A stretch of 64,000 nucleotides of DNA from Eledone cirrhosa (taxonomy: Eukaryota), in the NCBI GenBank assembly GCA_964016885.1, contig OZ024746.1, forward strand, positions 26,474,001 to 26,538,000, read 5' to 3'. A program made the position numbers and the translations under genes. Every line of letters begins with the position of its first letter. The first letter of the stretch is position 1. The notes below the pieces were generated by a model. The model was not told the origin of the DNA. It did no database searches and saw nothing but the letters and a program-made list of their open reading frames with translations. Shown here one piece after another: positions 33,546-49,500 of the stretch.

Positions 33546-34674
33546 TCACATGTATGATTTAAGTATTTGTTGAATATGGTTTATATGTTCAAGAAGAGTA
33601 TGTAGTGTAACCATGGTAAACCATCGATGTTCAATGATTGGAATATCTGTTGGTACAAAGAGACTCTCATTCACATCCTCATTGTTTTGGACTTTCGAAG
33701 ACAACTGAAATATCTGAAAATAAAAGGATATATATCAGGTTAAAATATACTCATATAATCTTACATATATATGTATATACAGATATGCTATTAACGCTCT
33801 TACGTTAGTTTGAGCTTTATATTTTATACATATGTATTATCAAAGAATTTGCATTACTTAAATGTTAGTAGTATAACTCCTATATAAAGTATCTACTGTA
33901 GAAACTTCATTTCATTATAGGAAATATCAAATCAATTAACAATGGATATATTATATTATCAATACTTACTGGTAAACTTAGTAGAATTTTCAGATCAAAT
34001 AAGTAATAAACAGTCTGTCTTAGATAACAATAGAATATAGCATCTGATGTTCGTGTGAGTTTAGAACAAGCAGCTGGGTAGTAACACTGTGCTCCTATAC
34101 GTGTGGCAGGAGCACACAGATTGTCATATTCTCTCTTCACCTGATTCTTCATCACAACAACATATTTATTAAGAGTTGTAGACATGTTGAACAGAGACAT
34201 CTGTAATGAAGAATTGTGAGAAATTATATATTTCAGAATCACTGTCATTTCTATAAAATGTATTATGAGTTCATGAGACAATAAACATAAGATGTTCAAA
34301 GCTAATATATTGTTTTGTCTTAATTTTATGATATTGTGCTAATGATAGAAATATATATATACAAACCTTTAATAAATCAATGTTGTTGACGGTGATATTG
34401 TCCTGAATATTCATCTGTGGAAAGTTAACATCCATATTGTGGAGTAACTTGTTTATAAATTGTGGACAGCTTTTAGCAAACAGCAATGGAGCATTATTAC
34501 ACTGTAGAAAAATATATAACACTTTATGAGATAGGATGGAGAGTCTGACACATGATATATGGAACACATTATTTTAATTTAAATTATACTAATATATCTA
34601 TTATAAATATTCATCTGAGTGAGAAAGTCAGAGTGATAGAGACAGAGAGAGAGAGAGACAGAGAGAGAGGGAGG

Positions 34675-34763
<89 letters not shown>

Positions 34764-36019
34764 CAATTGATAAAGATAGAAAAATAAAGAGAGAAAGAGA
34801 GAGAGCGAGAGAGAGGTAGTAAGAAAAGATTGGGAAAAGTAATGAATTCTTAACTTACATAATTAATCAAAGTATTGTTTACGGCTGCTGTGGTTCTTTT
34901 TGCTAACGTCAATGCCGTATCTATTTCAGTTTTTATATCAGATATATCAGATAATTCAGTTGTTGTTGTTGTAGATTGTATAGGTAATCCATGGATCAAT
35001 GTCATCCATGTTGAGAGACATAAAACCAATGTATATTGCCAATCTGGAGGAGAAAAAAAGGTATAAAGATTTTATTAATTAAACAAGGAAATATTTAAAC
35101 TTTATCAGTAATTAATACGAGAAATATTTTATTATATTTTAAGAGAAGAATTAGATTCTGGAACATTGATGAATATTTAAATTAGGAATATTGGGGATTT
35201 CTACACAGAAGCAGGAACTAAATCTTCGCGAAATCATACCCCACTGTGTAAACAAAATTATAGACAGATTTCATAATGAATTTCAAGATAATCAATAACT
35301 AAATTGATGACGAGATGCTTAGTTATGGAGAGCCTTAGACTATAGTATGGTTGTAGTGTACTACAAAAATAAACAAACAATATTATAAACTCTCATTTAG
35401 CAGCAACTATATGGTTGTAGAACACTGAATGTCACCTCCCCAACTGTGAACATTCCTCCTACAACACACATAGATAGATAAAATAGAATAATTATAAGAA
35501 AAGAAAGAGAAGATACTCAAGAATAATCATTGGATAAATGGGAAAGTATGTGAAGAAAGACATCTTACGATTAAACACACGATCACATAACTGATGGGGA
35601 ATGGGTGATTTACCTGAGATATATATATATATATATATATAATTAATACATTAACAGAGAAAGCCTTAAGCGATACTCTGACCAACTCCATCTCATTCAA
35701 CAAACATTAGGATATACCTATATAAATATATATATATATATGTGTGTGCGTGTGTGTGTGTGACAACTCAAACAGCAATATTACAGTGACTATAACATAG
35801 AATATTCTACTTACACATGTTGATCTTTTATAAATTTGTTAGAGGAAATATAAGTTAATGTGAGACGTCAGTAAATTTGCTTGTACTCTTTTGAATACAA
35901 TTAATAAATGATAGTCAATAGAATTATAATGTGACTTTATATACTTACCAGTGAAACTTATATATTTGGAAATACCGTTGATATATATTGAAGATGGAGA
36001 ATTTGAAAGTTCCCAACAT
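33546..36019 (-). CDS. Cytokine-like gene copy D. Exons 2-5 at 35043-34859, 34501-34367, 34200-33970, 33713-33546; distal exon 1 (36019-35949, 71 nt) out of frame
   Basis: Exons 2-5 are open with intact splice sites. Exon 1 has the short (AT)4 allele. Confidence 0.7.
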
Positions 36020-37086
36020 CCATAGTTTACTATTTAGATGAGAATAGATTTACTTTCAGTTGTAGAGACCAGCGTATCTATTTATAATCCCAATTTTAGT
36101 AGGAGAGATAAAAGTAGAGGGGGAGAAAGACGGAGTGAGAGAATGGTGAAAGAAAAAAATAGAAAATTAAGTGAGAGGGAGAGGGGGAGAGAGAGGCGGC
36201 GGGAGAGAGTGAAAGTAATACGTAGGATGGAGGACGTGTGAGTGGAGGGAGAAGGAGAGAGTAGTTAATTGTAACAATGAATAACTATTTTTATCTTAAT
36301 TTTAGGTCAAAAGTCTATTTTACTTTATTTCATTGATGGGAAACATTTATTTCGTAGAAGTGTCATTTTAAACATTTAGAATCACACACAAACACAAATC
36401 TTGGTTTTATATATATTATGTTTCTCTCAGTGCCAAAACTTCCAACAAAGATTTTGATGCTAAGAAGTAAATGCTATTTATGTTAAAAGATTTGTGTTTT
36501 TCATATTGTAATATTTTCAATTTCTTCTGATAAAGAAATTCGCGTTTAATTTATTGTGTATTGTTTTGTTTGTCTGTTTGTTTTGTTGTTTTTTTTTTAT
36601 TTTATTTTCGATATTCCATAACCTCCGCTGAGAAAATACCACAATTCTTGGAATATGCAACACTTTCATTATGAAACATAAGACGGAAGTGTTACAATAC
36701 ATGTGACCTCCTACACAGCATCACACTGTCATAGTAATAGTAAAATATATGTCAGTTTCCATAAACGCTGAAACATAACTGAAAGTAAACAATTATCATT
36801 TAGTAAATATAGAATATTAAAGAGGTTATATTTTATATTACGTGCATGTGGTTAGAATGTCTGAAGAATGAATCAATGGACAGATTTGACGGACAAAACC
36901 AACTGGCAGGGTATCCTGGGTGCAACCCGAGTAAGACGGTAGGGTAAAATACATGAGATCGGCTGGTCTCAATTGAGTATCCAGCCAGATCAAATATTGA
37001 TTAAATAGATCATCAATAGTTTTGGAGGATTGGGGGTCATCCTTCTCTCTCCGTATTACATGAGTTATAAATCATAGGTTTGTTAA

Positions 37087-37435
37087 TTTTCTCCAGTGTA
37101 TAGGTGTGGTGATCTTCTCCAGTGTATAGGTGTGGTGATCTTCTCCAGTCTATAGGTGTGGTGATCTTCTCCAGTCTATAGGTGTGGTGATTTTCTCCAG
37201 TCTATAGGTGTGGTGATTTTCTCCAGTCTATAGGTGTGGTGATTTTCTCCAGTCTATAGGTGTGGTGGTGATTTTCTCCAGTCTATAGGTGTGGGGATTT
37301 TCTCCAGTCTCTAGGTGTCGGGGATTTTCTCCTGTCTATAGGTGTGGTGATTTTCTCCAGTCTATAGGTGTGGTTATTTTCTCCTGTCTATAGGTATGGT
37401 GATTTTTTCCAGTCTATAGGTGTCGGGGATTTTCT
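37087..37435. repeat. Same minisatellite, ~13 units
   Basis: Direct reading. Confidence 0.95.
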
Positions 37436-40035
37436 TCAAGATTTGTAAGCCGTATATTTAGTTTGACTTAGTACAATATTTCTATGAGTGAACTACTTGA
37501 GTGTCTGGTTGATGTGTTAATGTTACTACAATAGAAATAATTACCTATAGGAAAATAATAATAGTATGCACAGTTCATTACTGGTATCTTTGGATCAACA
37601 CATCTATCAACAAATCTACCAACTAATCTATCAGATGTCACGATAAATCTCTGGTCAAAATATTTACCATTAATCACTTGTTTGTACACTTCTCTTTTAT
37701 TTTAAACCTATTCATCGTGTTGGAGTTCTTCAGGTTGGTTCCTTCCAATCCTTTGGAACACATAATAATTGATTGTGTACACCTGTCTTCAGAGAATCTT
37801 GCAACAATTTAGTAATCAAAATTCAATATATATATATATATAGTGACGAAACATAAGTCAATTGCATGAACTCATAATCCTTTATTTACTGCTATATATA
37901 TTTCGATGATAGCCATTGAATGGCTATGACCTCATCGGGCAGTTAGTCAGTTCTTAGATATGCCAGCTCTGTGTTTATAGTGTTGATGGTATCAGAGCCT
38001 TGGGACATATATATATATGGTAGGGGGGTGTAGGCATGATTCTCATGTTGAATACAGAAAATATTTATGCATCAGTCATGTAATAAGAAATGATACTAAT
38101 AATTACTCCTGACAGAAATCTAAGAGAAAACATTCAAGGAAAAAAGGTGTAGCTAATCAAAATGACTTCAGTACATCACAGGTGTTATTTTATTGATTTT
38201 CGATGATTTGAAATCAAACCTTAATGACATAACTAATTAACGTGAATCTAACATCTAACCTAATGATAATTGTTTATATTAATATCATTTTTTGCATAGA
38301 CACAATAGCACAAAGCATAATCTATTATATCTATTTTGGTACAATATGCTATATTATCTATTATATCTACTTTGGTACAGTATGCTATATTATGTTCTCG
38401 TCATTATTATTGTTTGTGTCATGGCTTCAGTTTATGGTTTCTTTGGCTTTATTTAGTTTATGTTTTTTTTCATCAGAATCCGGCATATTTGGGGACAAAT
38501 CAGTGTCAACCAGGACACATTAATAAGCCGGATGGAATAACGTGACTGATCATACAAACTGAGGTAATCCCGGCCACAACAGGAAATACAGTCTGTCTAT
38601 CCACATACATTTATACATATAAACTGATCTCCATTCCTTTTACTGTAACACAACTAATATGTGGCTGGGTACTAATGTTAAACATTACTATTATTATTCG
38701 GATCCGGCTATCAGCTGAGTTTATCATAAAGACTGCCCCACCGCCCTTTTTAACCAGGAACGGTAGGCAGTTTTTATCTGCCTAATGGCCATGGTGATAG
38801 AGATCATATGTTTTTAGGATTCACTTGAAAAGGAAAATCGGGGTGGAGAGGGAAGTGCTGATTTCCAGCCAGTTTATTGAAAGATGGGTGAGAGATGTAA
38901 TAATGGCCCGTGTGAATGTGTCTGCCCTGAGCGTGTGCCTGTATTACTGAAGGAAGACAATGCTTGCCTTAACAGTCTGGGTGACCTTGGCTTATGTAGG
39001 CTTTCTCCACATGTACCCATTGGAGTCTCCTCGCCTTTGGGGATTTATGTTTGTTGTTTTAAATGTTTATTGCGTTAATATCTGTTATAAATATTATTTT
39101 ACACAAAAAAATCTACAAGAAAGCATTTGGGAGTACCGGTAGAGCGTAGAGTTAAGTCCCTTTACATTCTGAGTTCAAATCCCGCCGCGGTTAACTTTGC
39201 CTTTCTTCCTTACGGGGTCGATAAAATAAAGCAGCAATTTAAACATTCATACCTGATATACATAAACAAAATATTATCTTGCTTCACACCCACCCGCACA
39301 CACACATAAACATATGTGTGTGTGTGTCTGTCTGTGTGTGTGTAAATAAACAACCAGGATTAAATTAAATCATTTAATATTTTACGAATGATACATAAAA
39401 GAAAAGAATGAAACTAAATGTAGTTGAAATAGATGTTGATAAATGTAAAAGTTTGTGTTTACAAATGTTTAATTGTTCTTTTCAAGTGGCTTGGGAAATA
39501 CACTATTGAGGCAATAATTTCTTCGTTATTTTGATAGATAGATTTATTTATTTATTTTGATAGATAGTAACCGGATACTACTAATAAACTTACATTAATA
39601 TATTGCCATTTATACATAATCAATCATTAATTAATACACATTGCCTTCAATTAACAAAGTATTTATGACAAACTTATAAAATATGCAATATTTGAAAATA
39701 TCGGATTGAAAATATGTAAAAATATAGCCCCGACATAAAATTTTATGAGGAACATCAAATTAAGCCCTGTACTTAATCAGCCATTAAATTTATTCTTCTC
39801 AATATTTTACTAAACTTTTAGACACATTCAATTTTTTCCAAACATCAGTTGTTAAAATGTTACCCAAACACACATGGTACTGTTTCGAAAATTACTTTTG
39901 AATTATATTTGTATACACAGATAATTAAGACTTTACAAAATAAAGTGTTCAAAAACTATTTTTTTTTTACTTTCTCTCTCTCATACTCTCACTCTCGACA
40001 CAAACACATACATTCATGCAGACACACAAACACAC

Positions 40036-40181
<146 letters not shown>

Positions 40182-40345
40182 TTAAATGTGTTCCATGTAT
40201 TTTATTATGCGCATTTCAAAGACAAATATCATCATGCAATAACATTTGTGTTTTCATCAGATAAAATAGGAGGACATGATATGCAGGTTAAAAACACTTG
40301 TGGATAGTGCAGTTTTAATATCGTACTACAATAAAACTCACCTCC

Positions 40346-40410
<65 letters not shown>

Positions 40411-40888
40411 TTACATATATATATTTATATATATATACATTTACATATATATATATATATATATATATATGGTAAAACCCAGATATACCATAACCCACCA
40501 GAGTACTTGATATTTGGGGTAGTAGAGTGGGTAACATGAAAAGATTCAGGACCCCGACGGCTGAACTCCGGCCGTTTCGACAGCTAGATCAAAACTAAAG
40601 CGCCAGTAGTCGTGATTAAGGAAGTGGTTTTTATACCGGCTCTCTCACATACCCACATATCTCCAGGATTCGTTTCTTGATATTGATTCAATGAAGAGAC
40701 CTCAGATCGTAAATTATCGCTGGGTTGATGCATTTTTGATCCTGCGGTCATGACTCCGATTATTTACAAGAACATTCAATTTACCAATTCATTTACTTCG
40801 GCACAGGTTGAAAGAGTTGTCCCTCCGGCCCACGAAACGTACGACTCTCGTATGGCGCCATTGTAGTAACAATAAATGTAGAAGAACA

Positions 40889-41426
40889 TTGTAGGAGAAA
40901 TTTTCACAGTTGGGGAGGTGACGTTCAGTGTTCTACAATCATGTAGTTGCTGCTAAATGAGAGTTTACAATATTCTTTGTTTATTTTTGTAGTAATTGGG
41001 ACATTCCTACACTATAACCATATCTATAGTCTAATGCTCTCCATAACTGACCATCTCTTCATCAATTTAGCTATTATTTATCTTGAAATTCATTATGAAA
41101 TCTGTCTATAAATTTATTTACACAGTGGCGTATGATTTCGCGAAGATTTAGTTCCTGCTTCTGTGTAGAAATCCCCAATATACCTAATTTAAATATTTAT
41201 CACTGATCCAGAATGTAATTATTCTCTTAAAATATAATAAAATATTTCTGGTTTTAATTACTGATGAAGTTTAAATATTTCCTTGTTTAATTAATAGAAT
41301 CTTTAAACCTTTTTTTCTCCTCCAGATTGGCAATATACATTGGTTTTATACATCTCAACATGGATGACATTGATATATATTCTTTTATTTTCAGATATTC
41401 CAGTTGTTTTCAAAAGTCCAAAACAA
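40889..41426 (+). pseudogene. Deleted remnant of copy A
   Basis: Nearly identical to 29699-30236. Confidence 0.85.
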
Positions 41427-44400
41427 GTAATACCCTCAGCGCCCCCAATCCTATTTCCAGAGAGACCTGCCTACACGCAAGTTGTAAATAATATATAACA
41501 AATAAAATAGTTAATTTTTATATAATAAAATAATGTAATATATTCTATGTATAAATAAATATTATATATTTTTTATTTTACTATATTGATATATATTGTT
41601 ATACTTGGGGAGGGTCATATTTGTGTAATATTGCCAGAATTAATAATAGAACACACTTACTGTTGGGTTGGTTTTCGCTTTTCACTTCTGTGTCTTTTAT
41701 ATCGGTAATCTAATTTATTCGGTCCTCGATGTTGCCATTCACTGACCAACAGTCAAAAATAATACAGATACAATATAGACACAAACACATATATATAGTT
41801 TATCAAAGTTCTTTCGTTGTACATCTGCAACATCGTCAGTGGTGCTATTGTTTCCTCCCGTTACATTCTATTTTCTACGCCATCTTCATTTAGTCTGTTT
41901 ATATATTTATTTATTTGTTTATTTTATTTTGACTTCTTTGCGCATGCGTTTGCGTGTGTGTATAGTGTTTTGTTTGATGTGTGTTCGTGATTGGGTGACT
42001 GTGTATTGGTTAATGTATTCTATCTTTACTAGTGTGTGTTTATATGTGTTTGTTGTCATTGTGCTTGTGTATGTATTTATTTATTTATTTATCTATTTAT
42101 TTATTTATTTATACTTCTCTTAGGGCAGTGTTGTTTGTTTGGGTGTTGTTATTCCATTCATTCTTTCTGTTTAGCCTTGGCCTTCTAAGATCTATTTCAC
42201 TGGCCTCTCTGATTTGCCTATCTGCTGGGTCATTTCTATGTTTAGATATTATTCTAATTTCTATGTTGTCTATGTTACCGTCGTGTTATCTGGCATGTTC
42301 GTATAGTACTGACCCGTTTTTTCGTCCTTTTAGTTCCCCCCAGTGTTGGTCTATCCTTTCACCTGTGCTACAAGCTGTCTCGCCTATGTATGTTGCTGTC
42401 ATGTTTCTGCAAGTACCCTCTGTACATCTTATGCAATAGACTACGTTTCTAGTTTTACAATTTATCCGTATAAATTTTATATTTTATATTTTATATTTTA
42501 TATTTTATATACTATTATATCATCTCAATCGTCCCCTTAGGCCGAAGCACCCCAGGACCTTCTCAACGCTCCCGGGGTGGGGGCGTTAGCGTCCACTTTA
42601 AGAACCTTTGGTTTATGCGGTGGCATTTTTCCTCTGGTCAGTTCCCCATAAAATAACCGTTTAGGAAGCCCTTCATCTTCCATCCTGCTCAAGTCACCAG
42701 CCCAATGCATCTAGCTCATTATAATCCTTATCTCAATACTGGTGCTACCCGCTTTTACGGTACAGCAGTATCAGATGTGTAAGAGGACCACTTGATGTTC
42801 AGTAAGCGTGGGATACAAGATAAATCACAATGAGTGGATTGATGATAATGATGTTGCAATCACCAAGCCTAGTGAAGAGAAAAATAACTTGTATTGAAGT
42901 GTCTTGTTGCAGATGGTCCAGTGATGATCGCTTTTGAGAAGACCTTCAAAGAAACAAAGTCAAAACTGCCATATAAATTTCTAAGAATGAAGAATAAATT
43001 ATGGTCTGAAGTTTCAGCCGAGATTCAGAAAGATTATAACTGCAGAGAATTACAGCACAATAAGTTAAGCTTTTGGCTCAGCGCACTAAAACATGGCACC
43101 ATTGAAGTAAAGAGATGGGAAAGCCCTCATCAAAGAGATGGACACAATGAAACTCTAGATTTTGATGGAATACCTGTTGAGCTGATCCGCTTTCGAGGTG
43201 ACAATGTTGCTATGGCCATTCATAGACTAGTCTCATCAGTTTGGCATTGTGAGCCTATCCCGCAAGGCTGGGTAGATGCAATTTTGCTCTTGATTTACAA
43301 TGGCAAGAGCTCCAAGTTTAAATGCGGTGGTTATCGTAGTATAAGTCTGTTCGATTCGGAAGGGAATGTTGTATCCAAGGTCTTGCTGAATCGTCTAAAT
43401 GGATCTGTCCTGGGGCCATCCCTGATAGCCAGGAACTAGGCGGAGTACTGTGGACAGGATTTTTGCAGTCCATCAGCTTATGGAGTGCGTTGAGCAGCAT
43501 GTGTCAGTGTACAAAGTATTTGTGACCTTTATCAAAGCCTTTGATACTGTTAATCGTAGTACATTGTGAATCATATTGGGGAAATTTGGATGCCGTCATG
43601 AATTTGTTGGAATATGCAAAAAATTCCATCAAAATATGAAAACAAAAGTGAACTTCAACGGGACACTTTCAGAGCCAATTTCAATAGCAAACGGTGTCTA
43701 GCAAGGTGGCATTCCTGCACCCACTCTGTTTACCATCAATGACCATATCTTTCTTAATCGGGTGAAATATTCTCTGGTTACGCGTTCCTTGTCACCGATA
43801 CCATCATAGGATATATTCTCATCTATCCCTAGGTATCTGTAGCAGTTCTTGTCACATATCGGTGAAACAATTAAGCTATTGATAAAAATGTTGCTAGATT
43901 GGCTTGTAGTTTTTCCCCGTTTTACAATCACATATGAACATTTAGGCTAAATTCCATTCCTATATCCTTTGAGAATGCCGTAACCAGGTCAAGATTTTTC
44001 TTCATCTCATTTATCTTTTTGGCATAGAGTTTCAGGTCATCCACAAAGAAATTATCGGTTAGGTTCCTATTTCTCTCCTCCTGGGAACCAATTATGTATC
44101 CTTCACATTTCTTGAGCAGAAAGAACAAGGGGTTTAATTACAGAATAAATAGTAACACAGAGAGAATATACTCCTGTGATATTATATTTCATCAGTGAAA
44201 ATAGCATCCTTCTCCTCTGTTTTTAACTTTAGGATAGTAGCCCAAGAAGAAGATAGGTTCTCTATGGCTCTGATAATAGTATCTGGGACTATCATCCAAG
44301 AGTGGGGAACAGAACTTTCCTGTAGTCCAGCCAGACTGTAACCACATTCTTGCTAAGTTGTTGCATCTCTCATTCCAGCTGCTTGCTCATCTGTTATGAT

Positions 44401-45374
44401 GTTATTATAACTAGGACCAATACAACCGAATTAAGCTGAGGTAATGGTAATTCAAACAATTTAATTTTAATGATACTTCCAAAACTGGCTCCTTGTCTCA
44501 TTAGAATTAAAACTGCTAGATCAGCAGTAGGAAATATTTTTATGCCGGTATACACGCTTAGAAATTAACTGACATTCAATGAAGCCACAATTTGAAAAAC
44601 ATATAGTCCCGCTAAAGTTCAAGCCTTTGGAAATATATAATTACGTATGTAGGTGTTACTTTTCGTAACAAACATAATAAATTGAACAGATTAACGTTCA
44701 ATATAATGAAATCAGCAAGAACGTTCTGCTTCTTTCAGTTGGCAGTAAATATTATTTTGGAAAGTTCGATATAAATATCTCAACCCTGTGTCAGAGTTTT
44801 TTCATGTTTGCCAGACCATAACCAATATTGTTATAGCGAAGTTTATTGTGAAATAAACCTTCAATCATATACTGTATATGATATACATTTCAAAGTATAT
44901 TATATATATAATATGAATACATTACACATTATAATAAATTGTAAACAAACGAAAGTAAGGTTTAAAAAAGTCAAACGTAATATAAATTCAATATCTTTAA
45001 TGTTTCAATAAAAAAAATATAAATATAAAAAGTTTATATAACAAATAATTATCTAAAATATAGATATATATTTTACAGTTCCAGTTTGGTGTTATCAATA
45101 ATACCATGTTAGTAGGATTCTAAATTTTAAAAAATATTACATAATATTACATAGGATATAAATGTAGAGTTCTCTGTTATATAGATAGAATCAAGCATTA
45201 CAGAGAAATTAGATAAAATATTCATATTTCTTAGAAAATATATTTACAAAATTACAACAGTATTGTTGAGAATTGAAGCTGAAACACTTCTACATATTTA
45301 TAACGATACACTTGTATCTGGGTGTCTAACTGACAGGGGTACCAAGGAATATTATAGATTGAGCATTAGATATT

Positions 45375-46506
45375 TCACATGTATGATTTAAGTATTTGTT
45401 GAATATGGTTTATATGTTCAAGAAGAGTATGTAGTGTAACCATGGTAAACCATCGATGTTCAATGATTGGAATATCTGTTGGTACAAAGAGACTCTCATT
45501 CACATCCTCATTGTTTTGGACTTTCGAAGACAACTGAAATATCTGAAAATAAAAGGATATATATCAGGTTAAAATATACTCATATAATCTTACATATATA
45601 TGTATATACAGATATGCTATTAACGCTCTTACGTTAGTTTGAGCTTTATACTTTATACATATGTATTATCAAAGAATTTGCATTACTTAAATGTTAGTAG
45701 TATAACTCCTATATAAAGTATCTACTGTAGAAACTTCATTTCATTATAGGAAATATCAAATCAATTAACAATGGATATATTATATTATCAATACTTACTG
45801 GTAAACTTAGCAGAATTTTCAGATCAAATAAGTAATAAACAGTCTGTCTTAGATAACAATAGAATATAGCATCTGATGTTCGTGTGAGTTTAGAACAAGC
45901 AGCTGGGTAGTAACACTGTGCTCCTATACGTGTGGCAGGAGCACACAGATTGTCATATTCTCTCTTCACCTGATTCTTCATCACAACAACATATTTATTA
46001 AGAGTTGTAGACATGTTGAACAGAGACATCTGTAATGAAGAATTGTGAGAAATTATATATTTCAGAATCACTGTCATTTCTATAAAATGTATTATGAGTT
46101 CATGAGACAATAAACATAAGATGTTCAAAGCTAATATATTGTTTTGTCTTAATTTTATGATATTGTGCTAATGATAGAAATATATATATACTAACCTTTA
46201 ATAAATCAATGTTGTTGACGGTGATATTGTCCTGAATATTCATCTGTGGAAATTTAACATCCATATTGTGGAGTAACTTGTTTATAAATTGTGGACAGCT
46301 TTTAGCAAACAGCAATGGAGTATTGTTACACTGTAGAAAAATATATAACACTTTATGAGATAGGATGGAGAGTCTGACACATGATATATGGAACACATTA
46401 TTTTAATTTAGATTATACTAATATATCTATTATAAATATTCATCTGAGTGAGAAAGTCAGAGTGATAGAGACAGAGAGAGTGAGAGACAGAGAGAGAGAG
46501 AGAGAG

Positions 46507-46587
<81 letters not shown>

Positions 46588-47542
46588 AATTGATAAAGAT
46601 AGAAAAATAAAGAGAGAAAGAGAGAGAGTAAGAGAGAGATAGTAAGAAAAGATTGGGAAAAGTAATGAATTCTTAACTTACATAATTAATCAAAGTATTG
46701 TTTACGGCTGCTGTGGTTCTTTTTGTTAACGTCAATGCCGTATCTATTTCAGTTTTTATATCAGATATATCAGATAACTCAGTTGTTGTTGTTGTAGATT
46801 GTATAGGTAATCCATGGATCAATGTCATCCATGTTGAGAGACATAAAACCAATGTATATTGCCAATCTGGAGGAGGAAAAAAAGGTATAAAGAGGTTATT
46901 AATTAAACAAGGAAATATTTAAACTTTATCAGTAATTAATACGAGAAATATTTTATTATATTTTAAGAGAAGAATTAGATTCTGGAACATTGATGAATAT
47001 TTAAATTAGGAATATTGGGGATTTCTACACAGAAGCAGGAACTAAATCTTCGCGAAATCATACCCCACTGTGTAAACAAAATTATAGACAGATTTCATAA
47101 TGAATTTCAAGATAATCAATAACTAAATTGATGACGAGATGCTTAGTTATGGAGAGCCTTAGACTATAGTATGGTTGTAGTGTACTACAAAAATAAACAA
47201 ACAATATTATAAACTCTCATTTAGCAGCAACTATATGGTTGTAGAACACTGAATGTCACCTCCCCAACTGTGAACATTCCTCCTACAACACACATAGATA
47301 GATAAAATAGAATAATTATAAGAAAAGAAAGAGAAGATACTCAAGAATAATCATTGGATAAATGGGAAAGTATGTGAAGAAAGACATCTTACGATTAAAC
47401 ACACGATCACATAACTGATGGGGAATGGGTCATTTACCTGAGATATATATATATATATATATATATAATTAATACATTAACTGAGAAAGGCTTAAGCGAT
47501 ACTCTGACCAACTCCATCTCACTCAACAAACATTAGGATATA

Positions 47543-47637
<95 letters not shown>

Positions 47638-47894
47638 CAACTCAAACAGCAATATTACAGTGACTATAACAGAATATTCTACTTACACATGTTGATCTTT
47701 TATAAATTTGTTAGAGGAAATATAAGTTAATGTGAGACGTCAGTAAATTTGCTTTGTACTCTTTTGAATACAATTAATAAATGATAGTCAATAGAATTAT
47801 AATGTGACTTTATATACTTACCAGTGAAATTTATATATTTGGAAATACCGTTGATATATATATTGAAGATGGAGAATTTGAAAGTTCCCAACAT
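45375..47894 (-). CDS. Cytokine-like gene copy E, fully in frame. Exons 47894-47822, 46866-46682, 46330-46196, 46029-45799, 45542-45375; 263 aa
   Basis: 73-nt phase-1 exon 1 as in copy C. All introns GT-AG (exon 3 donor gttagt). Confidence 0.82.
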
Positions 47895-48961
47895 CCATAG
47901 TTTACTATTTGGATGAGAATAGATTTACTTTCAGTTGTAGAGACCGGCGTATCTATTTATAATCCCAATTTTAGTAGGAGAGATAAAAGTAGAGGGAGAG
48001 AAGGACGGGGTGAGAGGATGGTGAGAGAAAAAAGAGAAAGTTAAGTGAGAGAGAGAGGGGGAGAGGGAGAGGGGTAGGGAGGGAGTGAAAGTAATATGTA
48101 GGATGGAGGACGTGTGAATGGAGGGAGAAGGAGAGAGTAGTTAAGTGTAATAATGAATAACTACTTTTATCTTAATTTTAGGTCAAAAGTCTATTTTACT
48201 TTATTTCATTGATGGGAAACATTTATTTCGTAGAAGTGTCATTTTAAACGTTTAGAATCACACACAAACACAAATCTTGGTTTTATATATATTATGTTTC
48301 TCTCAGTGCCAAAACTTCCAACAAAGATTTTGATGCTAAGAAGTAAATGCTATTTATGTTAAAATATTTGTGTTTTTCATATTGTAATATTTTCAATTTC
48401 TTCTGATAAAGAAATTCGCGTTTAATTTATTGTGTATTGTTTTGTTTGTCTGTTTGTTTTGTTGTTTTTTTTTCTTTTATTTTCGATATTCCATAACCTC
48501 CGCTGAGAAAATACCACAATTCTTGGGTTATTTCACACTTTCATTATGAAACATAAGACGGAAGTGTTACAATACATGTGACCTCCTACACAGCATCACA
48601 CTGTCATAGTAATAGTAAAATATATGTCAGTTTCCATAAACGCTGAAACATAACTGAAAGTAAACAATTATCATTTAGTAAATATAGAATATTAAAGAGG
48701 TTATATTTTATATTACGTGCATGTGGTTAGAATGTCTGAAGAATGAATCAATGGACAGATTTGACGGACAAAACCAACTGGCAGGGTATCCTGGGTGCAA
48801 CCCGAGTAAGACGGTAGGGTAAAATACATGAGATCGGCTGGTCTAAATTGAGTATCCAGCCAGATCAAATATTGATTAAATAGATCATCAATAGTTTTGG
48901 AGGATTGGGGGTCATCCTTCTCTCTCCGTATTACATGAGTTATAATTTATAGGTCTGTTAA

Positions 48962-49500
48962 TTTTCTCCAGTGTATAGGTGTGGTGATTTTCTCCAGTCT
49001 ATAGGTGTGGTGATTTTCTCCAGTCTCTAGGTGTCGGGGATTTTCTCCTGTCTATAGGTATGGTGATTTTCTCCAGTCTATAGGTGTGGTGGTGATTTTC
49101 TCCAGTCTATAGGTGTGGGGATTTTCTCCAGTCTATAGGTGTGGTGGTGATCTTCTCCAGTCTATAGGTGTGGGGATTTTCTCCAGTCTATAGGTGTGGT
49201 GGTGATCTTCTCCAGTCTATAGGTGTGGGGATTTTCTCCAGTCTATAGGTGTGTTGATCTTCTCCAGTCTATAGGTGTGGTGATTTTCTCCAGTCTATAG
49301 GTGTGGGGATTTTCTCCAGTCTATAGGTGTGGTGATTTTCTCCAGTCTATAGGTGTGGTGGTGATTTTCTCCAGTCTATAGGTGTGGTGATTTTCTCCAG
49401 TCTCTAGGTGTGGTGATTTTCTCCTGTCTATAGGTGTGGTGATTTTCTCCTGTCTATAGGTATGGTGATTTTCTCCAGTCTATAGGTCTCGGGGATTTTA
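48962..49500. repeat. Same minisatellite, ~20 units
   Basis: Direct reading. Confidence 0.95.
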